From: a virus
Length of the DNA stretch: 64,000 nt
Virus record (IMG/VR): IMGVR_UViG_3300043172_000590
Span: 13,827 to 77,826 of that record
Direction: 5' to 3' (one strand)
Below are positions 19,159 to 30,184 of the stretch, piece after piece. Below the pieces are notes generated by a model, which ran no database searches, was not told the origin of the DNA, and was given only the letters and a program-made list of their open reading frames with translations. Each line of letters begins with the position of its first letter. Positions within the stretch are counted from its first letter, which is position 1. Both the position numbers and the translations under genes were made by a program.

Positions 19159-19213
19159 AATTAATAATTTAAAAGTTAAACAATATCACAAGTTAATATA
19201 ATTTATATTAAAA

Positions 19214-19621
19214 CTAAAAACCATCGAACAATTTCTGCTCCTGTATTTTACGCAGTTCAATGTCGTCAAGTTCGTCCTGAATTAAATCATATCGCTGTCT
19301 TAGCCTATTTAATCGGTTATCCCTGGATGCTGAGTCTAACTCTGCATTATTTTTGATAGTCAAATACTGAGTCTTTAGTGGCGTTATAGCGTCCTTACAA
19401 TTCATTGAATCTTGGACTAGCCCTGCAATCTTGATAGACACTTGTTCAAGAGTTGTTGTTCTTTTTTGTTTATATACTTTTTTAGTATGCTCCCAATAAT
19501 GCATATAAACATTTCCACTTATCGTTACCACCGTGTCAATATCGTTAAAGTATTCTCTTTTCTGTTGAGCCTCCGTGCTTAGCACGAAGAACATCATTGC
19601 TATTATAATTGTGTTTTTCAT
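19214..19621 (-). CDS. signal-peptide-bearing coiled-coil protein (possible fibre chaperone)
   Basis: MKNTIIIAMMFFVLSTEA|Q. Confidence 0.65.
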   Translation of the reverse strand: MKNTIIIAMMFFVLSTEAQQKREYFNDIDTVVTISGNVYMHYWEHTKKVYKQKRTTTLEQVSIKIAGLVQDSMNCKDAITPLKTQYLTIKNNAELDSASRDNRLNRLRQRYDLIQDELDDIELRKIQEQKLFDGF

Positions 19622-19624
19622 AGT

Positions 19625-21274
19625 CTATTTTACAACCCATGAGCCATTTTCATAAAAGTTAAATGCATTAATTGTTGTGTTGTATATTACCATTCCATTT
19701 ACTGCTGTTAAATTATCTCTTTGGCTTGTTGCCATTCTAGGAAGTAATAATGCCCCTGATGTTGATTTTATTTCAAGAGCTGCACTTGTTTCTGGGGTAC
19801 TCGTTCCAATAGCAAAATCTGAGTTAGGAACAGAAACTAATCCAATACTTGTTCCCCCTCTATTACTTGCTTTGATAATTGACTGAGTTGCTGTATATAA
19901 ATCACTTGCAGTTTTAAGCACAAACTCTTCATTAGATACTTCAATCATCCAAACTTTTTCACTACTTCCAGCATCTGACTCTTCCAGTATTATTCTTGGT
20001 GAATCTGATACAATATGTAATTCGTCATTAGCAAGATCTATTCCTATTCCTACATTACCAGTGAAATGGGGATTGTTTAATGGGGCTTTTGAATCTAAAG
20101 CTGATTGAGTGGCTAAACTTATTGGTTTATTGTCATCAGAAGTATTATCTACATTTGATACGCTTGAATTTAAAACGGCGATATCTACATCATCGACTGT
20201 TCCACTCAATGTAACGTCTCCAACTATATCTAAATTATCCTGAACTGTAAGAGTATTGCCGTCTGTATTTCTTATAATTGGTGTCTCAATATAGTCAGTT
20301 GCATCTATCGTAGTACCAGTAAAGCCAGCACCACTAATATCTCCTACATAAAGAACGCCCCTGATGTCAAAATCACTATTGACCATAAAACAGTTATCAC
20401 CAGACGACCATCCAAAGTAATCGGTTCCACTGTCGTTGAGATAAATCTTATCGGCTACTAGAGAACCATCACTATCAATAGAGGCAACATCTACACCATC
20501 GCTGTCTTTGATATACACCTTTTTAGAGCCAGCATTATCACCTAGTTTAAAGATTATATCCTTAGTGACAGAGTTAATTGTAAATGTTTGCTGCCCTTGT
20601 AGTGTCAAATCAGCACTTGCATGAATCATTCCGGTTTTACTCGAAGTAATATAAAATCGTATATAATCATTGCCTTCTGCAGCTCTTCTCCAAACTTTAA
20701 ATATCTTACCCGCTTCATCATTGCCAACATCAGTATCACTAAATACTTCAACATCATCATTTGCATAAGGTTGAATCTTTAAAATATCATCTGGGAAATA
20801 TAAGATAGGAGTTTGTATTCTGTACGGTACTTTGAAAGTTCCTACTTCCGACAATAATGCTCTTTCATCACCATCATCATACCCGCCAGTATAAAAAGAT
20901 ATATCCTGATTACTAGCGATTCTTAACTGGCCAGACTCAACCCCTATAGAGTATACATCGGAATACAAATTAATCTTTCGACCTGTAGTAGAAGGAAATT
21001 GAAGGAGACTTCCAGTTAAATCCGCCAAGTCTTTATCCCATAATGAAAATATTGGATCAGTTTCAGTATATGAAGTCAAAACAACTTCCCAGCTATCCCC
21101 ATCCCAGTATTCAAACTCACCCGTGGTAACATTATGAATGAGCCAATGTTTCCCGCTAGGATCTGAGAGGGCATCCCTTTGTGCCGTTGTTGCTTCTATA
21201 TGTTTAATAACCTGTTCTTGTCCGTATGTAAAACTTGAAATCAGAATTACAAGTAATAAAATTAATTTTTTCAT
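19625..21274 (-). CDS. tail fibre/adhesin protein with apparent signal peptide (start corrected to ATG 21274)
   Basis: MKKLILLLVILISSFTYG|Q; ETDPIF, NVDNTSD..KPIS.ATQ.ALD.KAP, GNVGIG, LLLPRM.T.QRD fibre motifs. Confidence 0.8.
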   Translation of the reverse strand: MKKLILLLVILISSFTYGQEQVIKHIEATTAQRDALSDPSGKHWLIHNVTTGEFEYWDGDSWEVVLTSYTETDPIFSLWDKDLADLTGSLLQFPSTTGRKINLYSDVYSIGVESGQLRIASNQDISFYTGGYDDGDERALLSEVGTFKVPYRIQTPILYFPDDILKIQPYANDDVEVFSDTDVGNDEAGKIFKVWRRAAEGNDYIRFYITSSKTGMIHASADLTLQGQQTFTINSVTKDIIFKLGDNAGSKKVYIKDSDGVDVASIDSDGSLVADKIYLNDSGTDYFGWSSGDNCFMVNSDFDIRGVLYVGDISGAGFTGTTIDATDYIETPIIRNTDGNTLTVQDNLDIVGDVTLSGTVDDVDIAVLNSSVSNVDNTSDDNKPISLATQSALDSKAPLNNPHFTGNVGIGIDLANDELHIVSDSPRIILEESDAGSSEKVWMIEVSNEEFVLKTASDLYTATQSIIKASNRGGTSIGLVSVPNSDFAIGTSTPETSAALEIKSTSGALLLPRMATSQRDNLTAVNGMVIYNTTINAFNFYENGSWVVK

Positions 21275-21278
21275 ACTA

Positions 21279-24149
21279 TTATTGTTTAATGAACCATCCA
21301 TAAGAGTCATCCCATTGAATCTCAATTGATCCCGCAGCCAACAGAGTCTGATCTGCTGCTGCTCCATTTATAGTATTTCCGTTCCTTGCAACCGTGCATG
21401 TGAACGTGGAGTTTGTGCAAAATATGTCATATACTTGTCCGTGTACTGGACTGGCATCTAGTGAAATAGTAACCGTATTAGCAGTTGCGTCCACTAGGAT
21501 GTTGCGTTCTGTTCCTGTTAGGGTGTAATCTGATGTCTTTGTGACCACTGACTGAACTTCGCCACCTGATGTTGTTATATTTCCTGTTACTACAACATCT
21601 CCATTAAAATATACATCTCCATCGACTCCGAATAGTTCTGAGCCTACGGCTGCTGTTGTTCCTACAAATACGCCGCCACCATCTTCTTGCAGTATTAAGG
21701 CTCTATCACTAGAAACCCCTCTCTCTGTAGCGTCCATAGCAATTCCTCTTTCAGATGCTGTAGCACTACCTAACAATCTTATTTGGAGAACCATGGGCTG
21801 AGTAGCTTCTGACGATCCAAACAATGCTATATTGCTAGATGCTGTTTTTGGGGCATCGTCAAAAACATGAAACGTTTCTAATGGCGCATCATTAGAGCCC
21901 ACCCCAAAAGGCCCCATCACATAACTATCCCCTGGTCCGTCGATGTTGATCTCTTCATCTACGGTTAGGGTTCCTCCAATATTAGCATTCTTAACAACCC
22001 CTAATCCTCCATCTGTCTGAATAGCTCCTGTTATTGTTGATGTGGATTCGGTTGTGCCTTCTACGGCTAGGGTGCCAGTTAAGGTAGTATTCAGAGAAGC
22101 ATCTATTTTCAAAGCATTCCCAGTGCCAATAGTAGCCCCTACGCTAATTTTATAGGAATCCCCATCGCTATTGTCAACTCCCGCTGTGAATTTAGATGCA
22201 CCTTGAATCTTATAAACTGTCTGTGGGCTAAATGTAGTAGAATTAGCATGAATTTCCAATATTGCATTTTCTGCGGATGTTGCTATTACTGCGTTGCCTC
22301 CGTTTACTGCTATGTCATTATTAAAAGTAGCAACCTCATTAGTCCCATCAATCAAAACCCTACCGCTTATATCCTCAACTGTCCAAGTGTGGGTAGTTGC
22401 AGTAGAAATTCCCGACAGATCAGTAACTAATTCTTTTGTTACGTCAGTAGCGTTGTGTAATTTCCATTCAGCATCGGAGAAATTTACTTGAGAACTAACA
22501 GCCCCACCAGATCCACCTGTAGACCCAATAATTTCCCCTCTCTTATCTTGCACGTCACTTCCACCGACTAGATTTATCAATGTTCCGCTACTGCCTGTTT
22601 GATATCTTAAAACAACCCGACATATATTAAAAAAAGTATGTATAAATTTATCATCAATCGCAGTAACGTCATAATCACTAAAATCATTCAATGCATTGAC
22701 ATCAGTATTATATTTGCCAGTCGGAAGCGTTACATATAATGCATCATCCGTATTTGTTCCTGACGTTTGATTTCCCCAGATCCTCAATCCATATCTGTCG
22801 TTGTTATTCCGGAGGGTAACGCCGTTGGCATCTACGTCCAGCTCATTCAGATCTGTATATTGCTGGGTAACCGGATTGGTCGGATGGTTCATTACATAAA
22901 AGACCGGAGTTCCGCTTTGCGCTGGGAATACCTGCTCCCAGAATTGTTGGGTAATTCCGTCGGTAGTCGTAATGACTGCATTATCAATAGCCCCTCCATT
23001 TACCGTTACAGTTAACAGGGGATCGACCCCAGATCCATCTTCATATGTAACGCGATGTCGGGCTTTATTCCTTATTGTTTCTTCCTGCCCTTTAAATAAA
23101 TCTTCCCTGTATAGTCCGTTGTTATACCTCTGTATGTTTACAGTACCTTGCGAGTTGGTTGTTGCCACACTTGCAATTTCTGCATATCCCAGCAATATAA
23201 CAGGAGTTGATGGTTTCGTAGTCGAAGCTGCAAGTTCCAAATCAAGCGTCCCATTCATTTCAGCATACACCCAGTTTGTTACGGACACTGCATCCGTCCC
23301 TGCTGTAAGTGCTATCCTCGCATGCCCATCTATACCCGATCCCGTTGTTGTGTTTAAATTGAATACGCGATTGCTCCCTTCTATAAAACCATGTAAATTG
23401 AAGTCTGCCAGTGATATTTGTTCCCAGTCATCAGGTGAGATATCAGGCTGGTTGCCTGAATTTAAGTCTGTTTTGGAGAAATACCGCATATTGTTATATA
23501 TAACCTGATTACCCCTATTATAAGTATCTCCGGGTTCATAACCATTTGCAGAACTCCACACTTCCATATAAACAACACCGCCATCAATCACCACCTCAAA
23601 TTCATGTGATTCAAAAAACCCATTGTTCAAAAGTGCACCTAATATATACTCGTTCTGTAGTGCGGTTGCATTAATAACTGCATTCTGGTCTATTGCGCCC
23701 TGAACGTGTGACGAATCTAACCCGCTTATGGTATTATCATAAAATACATTTTTTGCTGTATCTATAGAGTTCGCATTCAATCCGAACCCATAACTAGTAA
23801 GGATTTCATACGTGACTCCAATATCTTGCAATTGAACTGATTGCCCTATTCCGGTCAGCGTCCATACTTCGGTGTCAGATACGTTTCTTATAACCACAGT
23901 GTCTCCACCTACCTGACTAAACTCGGCCCAGAACCCACTAGGGGTATTTGTTGCGTCAGGGATAATAATAGTGTCATTACCCTCTGCTGTGGCATCAATC
24001 CTATATAGTCTGCCTGTGGTTAGGTATGGCAACGTAGTGTCCCCGGAAATATCCTGGCTGCTGTGAACATTTGCTGTGTATTGACCTGACACAACTAATT
24101 GTATCAGGAATAAACACAGGAATAGTGCGGTTTTAGTAATGTTTTTCAT
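21279..24149 (-). CDS. large tail fibre/adhesin protein with apparent signal peptide and CBM5/12-like module
   Basis: MKNITKTALFLCLFLIQLVVSG|Q; YNRGNQVIYNN.RY...N.GNQPD.SP..W; STSTITGA....GGLGV.KN motif. Confidence 0.8.
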   Translation of the reverse strand: MKNITKTALFLCLFLIQLVVSGQYTANVHSSQDISGDTTLPYLTTGRLYRIDATAEGNDTIIIPDATNTPSGFWAEFSQVGGDTVVIRNVSDTEVWTLTGIGQSVQLQDIGVTYEILTSYGFGLNANSIDTAKNVFYDNTISGLDSSHVQGAIDQNAVINATALQNEYILGALLNNGFFESHEFEVVIDGGVVYMEVWSSANGYEPGDTYNRGNQVIYNNMRYFSKTDLNSGNQPDISPDDWEQISLADFNLHGFIEGSNRVFNLNTTTGSGIDGHARIALTAGTDAVSVTNWVYAEMNGTLDLELAASTTKPSTPVILLGYAEIASVATTNSQGTVNIQRYNNGLYREDLFKGQEETIRNKARHRVTYEDGSGVDPLLTVTVNGGAIDNAVITTTDGITQQFWEQVFPAQSGTPVFYVMNHPTNPVTQQYTDLNELDVDANGVTLRNNNDRYGLRIWGNQTSGTNTDDALYVTLPTGKYNTDVNALNDFSDYDVTAIDDKFIHTFFNICRVVLRYQTGSSGTLINLVGGSDVQDKRGEIIGSTGGSGGAVSSQVNFSDAEWKLHNATDVTKELVTDLSGISTATTHTWTVEDISGRVLIDGTNEVATFNNDIAVNGGNAVIATSAENAILEIHANSTTFSPQTVYKIQGASKFTAGVDNSDGDSYKISVGATIGTGNALKIDASLNTTLTGTLAVEGTTESTSTITGAIQTDGGLGVVKNANIGGTLTVDEEINIDGPGDSYVMGPFGVGSNDAPLETFHVFDDAPKTASSNIALFGSSEATQPMVLQIRLLGSATASERGIAMDATERGVSSDRALILQEDGGGVFVGTTAAVGSELFGVDGDVYFNGDVVVTGNITTSGGEVQSVVTKTSDYTLTGTERNILVDATANTVTISLDASPVHGQVYDIFCTNSTFTCTVARNGNTINGAAADQTLLAAGSIEIQWDDSYGWFIKQ

Positions 24150-24162
24150 GACAGTACGATTT

Positions 24163-24720
24163 TTAATTCTCAGTTACAACATGACATTTCCCCCCGCCAG
24201 TCGAATCTATCGTCACAGCTTGGGCGATTAAGCCGTCAGCCTGCCATTCGAATGATTGACCTTGAATATACGCTACGGAGCTTCCTCCTGCCACAGATAC
24301 AGTAACGCTTCCGCCCTCAACCATAACAAATATCCTATGGTATGTATCAGCTGCAAATACAACAGGGGCAACATTATCTAAGGTTTGATTATCAACATTA
24401 TTATACGCTACTCCTGCACCTCCTGCCGGAGTCAATCCAGATCCAGTAGCAATCATTGTGTTGAATGCGACAACAAATTCTTCGCATGTTGCATATACTG
24501 TTCCGTCAAGATTTAGCTCAGATGGCAACTCTTGATTAATTATCTGCTGGTTTAAATGTTCTTTATGCCTTATGGATATCCGTCCGGTAGTGTCGGTTCC
24601 GGCTTTTGGGATACATAATGCTTCATAATTCTTGGGAAGGGCTGTAGCTCCGTCTTCTGACGTAATGTCTCCATACATTCTGAATGTACCTGTTCCGACT
24701 ATATCTTCTATAAATAGCAT
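24163..24720 (-). CDS. probable virion structural protein
   Basis: 185 aa, beta-rich, heads the fibre gene cluster. Confidence 0.65.
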   Translation of the reverse strand: MLFIEDIVGTGTFRMYGDITSEDGATALPKNYEALCIPKAGTDTTGRISIRHKEHLNQQIINQELPSELNLDGTVYATCEEFVVAFNTMIATGSGLTPAGGAGVAYNNVDNQTLDNVAPVVFAADTYHRIFVMVEGGSVTVSVAGGSSVAYIQGQSFEWQADGLIAQAVTIDSTGGGKCHVVTEN

Positions 24721-24750
24721 AGTGCTTTGTTTTTGTGATATTTATACTTA

Positions 24751-24781
24751 CAATATTATTGCTTATTTATAATGTTTCAAA
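24751..24781 (-). promoter_or_regulatory. putative promoter for fibre/lysis genes
   Basis: TTTG-N19-TAATATTG (one mismatch to TAnnTTTG). Confidence 0.4.
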
Positions 24782-24806
24782 ATTATCTACCTAAAAATTA
24801 CTCCCA

Positions 24807-27800
24807 CTATCTCTTTAAAAACGCTTCTGTTGCTTTTCTAGCTCTTCCTGATTCAGTTCCTTCGATTACGGACTTGGGGGCATTCATGAGTTTTAGTATA
24901 TTCTCCTCTGTCCACTCGCCATTTTCTATCAAGTCTTTTGCTCCGTCGTACATAAGGTCGAGATTTTCAATATCAACGCCGCCTCCGTATATCATTATTT
25001 GCCTAGCAAGCTCAGTCATTACATCCATACTGATAACGCCTTCAGCCTCTAATGCCTCAGATACATCCTTGCTAGTTTCGTTAATCTTCTGGATTAACTG
25101 TATAGGATTGTAGTTCCATGACTTCTTGGCTACTATCTTGTCGTATCCAAACTTAGCAATGTCAGATAGTATGTACGCGCCATCCAAAGGCCCCATTATT
25201 AACGCTCTTTTCATTTCCATTGTATCTTCATCATCCCATTCGGTCAATGATCCTGGAAGCCCTGACGCGACCCACTGCCATGCCAACGGAAGAGCATATC
25301 CATATATAGCCATTTTTTTAAGGGCCTTGCCTCCTCCTTTTGATTTAGCATACTTTAGTCCTGATATGGCAGCTCTTGTTTTTGCAGCTTTATCTCCGAT
25401 CCCTTTTTGCTTCTGAGCTTTATATGCTTTATCATACTCTCTTCTATATCCATGAACTATGTCTAAGTGGGATTCTGCTACTTTTCTCATATATGAGAAT
25501 TGAGAGTTTTTGAATGTGGCAAATGCGGATTTCATTAAATTCTTTTTCCCCTGCACCTCTCCGATAAATGCTTTCTCGGATGATTGCTGAGCCAAATTAT
25601 ATGCCAAATCAAAATCCATTATAGACTGCTTATGGGCCTTCTCCTTGGACCATCCTAAATCTTTTTGATAATGTTTCATCTGCTGATTGTACAGCGTCTT
25701 CCCTCCGGATGTTATAGCCATAGAGTCCATTAGTCTATTGGCAAATAATCCTACATTGGCGATCCCTCTCTTTGCTTCACGAATTGCATACTTAGATTTT
25801 GAAGCACCTATTTTAGCAGCATCCCTAAAACCCCTCTGTATCTCTTCATCTCCAATATCTCCTTTCTTGTATCTCTCTCTATAGAATTCTGAATTCTTCA
25901 TAAAGAACTTATGGTTCGATAATGCAGATACAGGATTCATTTTAGCAATCATCTTTCCCTCAAATGCAATAGTTCCTGTCATTGGGAGATAGATACTTTT
26001 ATCTCCTATTTTTATTGTTCCTTTATTTGCATGCTCCAAAAATGCCAAATGAGAAATAGACTGCTTTCCTGCTGTCCATAGTCTTACGGCTATTCTCGAC
26101 AATGCTGTAGCTCTATTCATTTTATGAAGGAATAGCTCCGAATTGTCAACGCCTGACTTGTCTGCCCCAATAGCCCTATTGGTTGCGTCTATAAGATCCT
26201 TGAAAGCCCCCGGGGCATTATTCTCAATGTTGTTTCTGACCGCTGCGTCCGCAAACAGCACATTCATATCCTTTGCAAATTTTTGATAATTATGGAACAT
26301 TTCCATGGATTCAATATATCCATCAACGACTCCAAAGAAATTAGATGTAGAGCTTAATTCATTGAGATTAGCTACCCTATGTTTAATATGCTTAGGCATA
26401 GCTGAGGGCATTAAGAATTCTGTGCCTCCAATCTTAATTGTACCCTCGCCTCTTATTCCGCCAACAGCATCATATCGTATCGGGATATAATTATCAATCT
26501 TATCTAAAGGTGTCCTGAATATATCAATATGGGTCTGGTTGTAATCTTTGTGTAATTCCGGAAGAAGGGTTCCTGTGACCCAATCTACATACTCAACATT
26601 CTCCTTTCCGATAAATTTACTTGTTTGCTCAAGGGCTGTCTCGTCCCATCCCTGTTCTTTGAGCTTTTCTTTCGATCCCTCCATCTTTGACAGGGCATAC
26701 AGGTACATTCCTTGGGACTCGCTCATAGATTCATTTATAGTCTCCCTGTTTCCATCCTTGTCTAATTTATGTATTCCTGTCTTAGACTTAACAGTGCTAA
26801 GTTCAGCTACTTGCATGCCACTAAGCTTTTTACCATATACTTTTTTCTGTCCAGACTCTATTTCACCAGTAATCTCACCCTTGCGTTTTAAGTAATTCTT
26901 TCTTGACTTGTACCACCCATTCTCTCCCTTCATCATTTTCTCGTAAATCCTACCCTCTCCCATCTCGCTCTTTCTCGACTCAATAAATTTGAGCATAAAA
27001 TCAAACGAGGATGTGACGGGGCGGATAAAGTCCCTATCAAAACTTCTTCCTGGTTCGGACATATATGTTTTAATCCTATTCCACCCGCTCATTTTTTGCT
27101 GGTTCTGAATCTCTCTCTTTGTCTTCCCAGCAAATCTTCCACGAGTCTGTTCCCTAGCCATGAGCTTAAGATCGTTTCTTCTGGTGACCTCTTTTTCTAT
27201 ATCTGCTTTAAGCTTTGACTTGCCTTCGGTAATCGTCCTGTTTATATTGTCTTTGATGTTACTCAATCCTTCAATTTCAGCATCCCATATCTCCTTCATG
27301 TCAATCAATGCAATCTCCTCGTATATAGCCTTTTCTCTCTCATTAACATCGTCAGAGAGTTTACGTTGCTCAATGCCTTCCAGTTGTTCGTCCATAAATC
27401 TATTGAAGGAATTAAATGCCTCACTATCAGATCTCTCATTAGCGGCTTTTTTAGATACTCTCTGAGCCTCTGAATCTGAGGACAATATTCTTTTCTGTTG
27501 AGATTTATTAAATTGCTTCTCAGCTTTATATCTGCTGAATATGTTTTTAGCCTCATCCAAATAATATTTTACTTGCTGGGCCCCTCCCTTAGCTTTCTTA
27601 ATTTTATTCCTAGCTTCTTGCGTCTTGACGGATACGAGATCCGATATATCAGATTCAATAATCTTTTTATGAACATCAAATGTTTTACTAACAACTTCAT
27701 CAACATAATCCAATGCTTGCTGCCTCTTTTTTTCAGTATTAGCCTTCCCCAGTCTTCTTGTGATGGACTTATATTGGGTTGGGGTAATAAATTTAGCATC

Positions 27801-30182
27801 AACCGCACCTTTGAGTTTTTCAGATATAGACTCTGACGTTTCAGAAAATTCTTTATCGGTAAGCCTTTTTGCATCCCTCGCAGCCCTGGCTTCAAGTTTT
27901 ATTTGATCTTTAAGCGCTGCAGCTTCATTGACAGATATCTTCTCTCCTTCTGACGGTAGCTTTTCTCTGGTCTTCTTTTCAGTGGGACGTTCAGTGAACC
28001 TTTCGGTTATGATATTGCCATAATCTTGTTTGACCTCTTTTTGTTTTTCACTATCAAGATTTTTATACCAATCACTACGCTCGATAGTTTTAAACGCCTC
28101 AATGGATGCATCAGCTTCCGACAAATTCTTTTTAGATTTATCAAAAGAAGATTTAGTCTCGGCTAATAGCTCCGCTGGGATCGGGTGGCGCTGTGACGGC
28201 TCGGCCTCCAACTCCTCCTTGGGAGCTTCAACTTTTATCTCTTTCTTAATTTTTTCAGCCTCTTTCTTTTTTCGACTTTCCTCAATGTCGAATATACGTA
28301 CGCGTTCTTTCTCTCTTTCGACCATCTCCTCCGAGATACGGCCTTCTTCAATTTCTGTTCTAATTCTTTCGGCATCACTTTCGGTTTTAATAGGTTCAAC
28401 TTCGGGTAACTTTTTCTCTATTCTTTCTTTTGGAATTTCTTTTTTAGGAAATTGCTTGCCAATTAATTGTTGTAGTACATTATCATTTTTAACTGTCAAT
28501 CCGGCTAAATCATCAATGGTCATAGCCTCGTCTATTATAGTCTCAGCCTCTTCTCTAGTGATGTCTTTTTCGCCTAATTGATATGATGGTCTCTGTTCTG
28601 CCTCTATTTCTTTTTTTATGGGCTCTGTAACCTTTTCCTTCTCGGCTTTAAATTCAGAGATAGCATCATAATCGGTCACAGTATCTTCTATTCTTTTAAC
28701 GTAATACTCCTTTTCAGAATCCGACAACCTCTCTGATTCATTTATTTTATCTTTATGGAAGTCTGGGCGGTTAGCTACATCCTTAACCATTAAATTCAGT
28801 GATATCTGATTATCGACAGCATGTTTTGCTATAAGATATTGATTTTTCTCTGCAGGGGTTTCAGCCTTAGTAAAATCTGTCCATAGTTTATTTGACTCTG
28901 CCCGTAATTCTCTTGATGATTTTTCGGTAGTCAGCGCATTACGTACCTGATCTCTTGTTGATGTATAGTAATTGGCGTATGATTTTTTAACCATCATATC
29001 CGCAATAATCTTCTGTTTGATGGATTTTCCCACAGCCTTACCTCTAAATGCAAGCCCCATGCCAAACTGTGTCCAGAAGTTGTCCCAGTTGATATCGCCA
29101 CCGTTGTATATTTCTGGATCTGAAATGATACTATGCGATCCAAACAAAGAGCCTTCGGCTAACGCTGCAGCACCCTCGGATATAGGCTTAGATGCGCCCC
29201 ATGAGGAAACAAGTTCGCCAGTAGCCTTTGAGGTCAGACCCATGGCCTCATATACGAGCCCTTCCGTGTAACCTTCGGCAAAACCTTTAAACAACTCCTT
29301 TACGTCCGCCTCCTCTTCATACATCGCCAGTCCTTGTTTGGTACCGAGAAGTACCGGAAACTTAGGTATTTTGGTTATCAGCCCCCCTGTCCATCTTCCG
29401 AGTTGTGCCAACTTCATCTCTGGCATCGTTGCCGTCGCCAGCAAGTCAGGAACGATACTCCCCATTCCAGAAACTACATTCCCCAGTATTGTTTCTGGGG
29501 CTGTGTACTCTTCAGTGTTTGTCCCTTCTATGACATCTGCCATATCTGAAAATAGCGCACCTTTCCATTCCATTCCTGTTGCGTCTCCAAATAATTTAAG
29601 TCCTCTATCAACAGTTCTAAATAATTCTGCGGCACTACTATTAAACGCCTCGGCAAACCCAAACATGTAATTTTCTTTAGGTCCCTTAACCGGGATCACT
29701 TGCTCTACCAACCCTACTTGTTTAATGTATGCTTCTGGTAGTTGCAGTTTTATGGACGCTTCTTTTATCTTATTGTTATAGTCAGCTTCTAGTTGGGTAT
29801 TGATGGCTATTTTTTCATCTTCGATAGCAATGTCGATGTCAGTAATTTGAGGTTGAATGGTGCTTTGCCTTGCAGGCTCAGGAATATCGATCATCCCATT
29901 CTCGGCTAAACTCAAACCAGCTGCCTCCTTCTCCATCATATCCTCTTCTGGGGTTTTATTAAAATCGACTGTCGTTGCCGCTATTTCTGCATCGGTCTTT
30001 ATTTCTGGGGGAAGATATATACCTGTAGTTGGGGGTTTTTCTTCCTCGGCGATAACCTCTCTGTCTGGCACTAAGACTGGCAGAGCCTCGTCTTTTCCTA
30101 AATCGTCCAGCGATATTTTTCTTATCTCCTTTTTTTTAGGTGTACTGATTTCGTCTAGCGATATTTTTCTTATATCTGGCAT
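24807..30182 (-). CDS. large internal virion/DNA ejection protein
   Basis: 1791 aa, helical and charged, last of three genes after the tail hub; no RNAP catalytic motif seen. Confidence 0.7.
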   Translation of the reverse strand: MPDIRKISLDEISTPKKKEIRKISLDDLGKDEALPVLVPDREVIAEEEKPPTTGIYLPPEIKTDAEIAATTVDFNKTPEEDMMEKEAAGLSLAENGMIDIPEPARQSTIQPQITDIDIAIEDEKIAINTQLEADYNNKIKEASIKLQLPEAYIKQVGLVEQVIPVKGPKENYMFGFAEAFNSSAAELFRTVDRGLKLFGDATGMEWKGALFSDMADVIEGTNTEEYTAPETILGNVVSGMGSIVPDLLATATMPEMKLAQLGRWTGGLITKIPKFPVLLGTKQGLAMYEEEADVKELFKGFAEGYTEGLVYEAMGLTSKATGELVSSWGASKPISEGAAALAEGSLFGSHSIISDPEIYNGGDINWDNFWTQFGMGLAFRGKAVGKSIKQKIIADMMVKKSYANYYTSTRDQVRNALTTEKSSRELRAESNKLWTDFTKAETPAEKNQYLIAKHAVDNQISLNLMVKDVANRPDFHKDKINESERLSDSEKEYYVKRIEDTVTDYDAISEFKAEKEKVTEPIKKEIEAEQRPSYQLGEKDITREEAETIIDEAMTIDDLAGLTVKNDNVLQQLIGKQFPKKEIPKERIEKKLPEVEPIKTESDAERIRTEIEEGRISEEMVEREKERVRIFDIEESRKKKEAEKIKKEIKVEAPKEELEAEPSQRHPIPAELLAETKSSFDKSKKNLSEADASIEAFKTIERSDWYKNLDSEKQKEVKQDYGNIITERFTERPTEKKTREKLPSEGEKISVNEAAALKDQIKLEARAARDAKRLTDKEFSETSESISEKLKGAVDAKFITPTQYKSITRRLGKANTEKKRQQALDYVDEVVSKTFDVHKKIIESDISDLVSVKTQEARNKIKKAKGGAQQVKYYLDEAKNIFSRYKAEKQFNKSQQKRILSSDSEAQRVSKKAANERSDSEAFNSFNRFMDEQLEGIEQRKLSDDVNEREKAIYEEIALIDMKEIWDAEIEGLSNIKDNINRTITEGKSKLKADIEKEVTRRNDLKLMAREQTRGRFAGKTKREIQNQQKMSGWNRIKTYMSEPGRSFDRDFIRPVTSSFDFMLKFIESRKSEMGEGRIYEKMMKGENGWYKSRKNYLKRKGEITGEIESGQKKVYGKKLSGMQVAELSTVKSKTGIHKLDKDGNRETINESMSESQGMYLYALSKMEGSKEKLKEQGWDETALEQTSKFIGKENVEYVDWVTGTLLPELHKDYNQTHIDIFRTPLDKIDNYIPIRYDAVGGIRGEGTIKIGGTEFLMPSAMPKHIKHRVANLNELSSTSNFFGVVDGYIESMEMFHNYQKFAKDMNVLFADAAVRNNIENNAPGAFKDLIDATNRAIGADKSGVDNSELFLHKMNRATALSRIAVRLWTAGKQSISHLAFLEHANKGTIKIGDKSIYLPMTGTIAFEGKMIAKMNPVSALSNHKFFMKNSEFYRERYKKGDIGDEEIQRGFRDAAKIGASKSKYAIREAKRGIANVGLFANRLMDSMAITSGGKTLYNQQMKHYQKDLGWSKEKAHKQSIMDFDLAYNLAQQSSEKAFIGEVQGKKNLMKSAFATFKNSQFSYMRKVAESHLDIVHGYRREYDKAYKAQKQKGIGDKAAKTRAAISGLKYAKSKGGGKALKKMAIYGYALPLAWQWVASGLPGSLTEWDDEDTMEMKRALIMGPLDGAYILSDIAKFGYDKIVAKKSWNYNPIQLIQKINETSKDVSEALEAEGVISMDVMTELARQIMIYGGGVDIENLDLMYDGAKDLIENGEWTEENILKLMNAPKSVIEGTESGRARKATEAFLKR

Positions 30183-30184
30183 AT

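Noticed and set aside
24807-30182. Virion RNA polymerase
   Set aside because: The closest motif is MDFDLA, not DxDxD; no recognisable double-psi-barrel motifs
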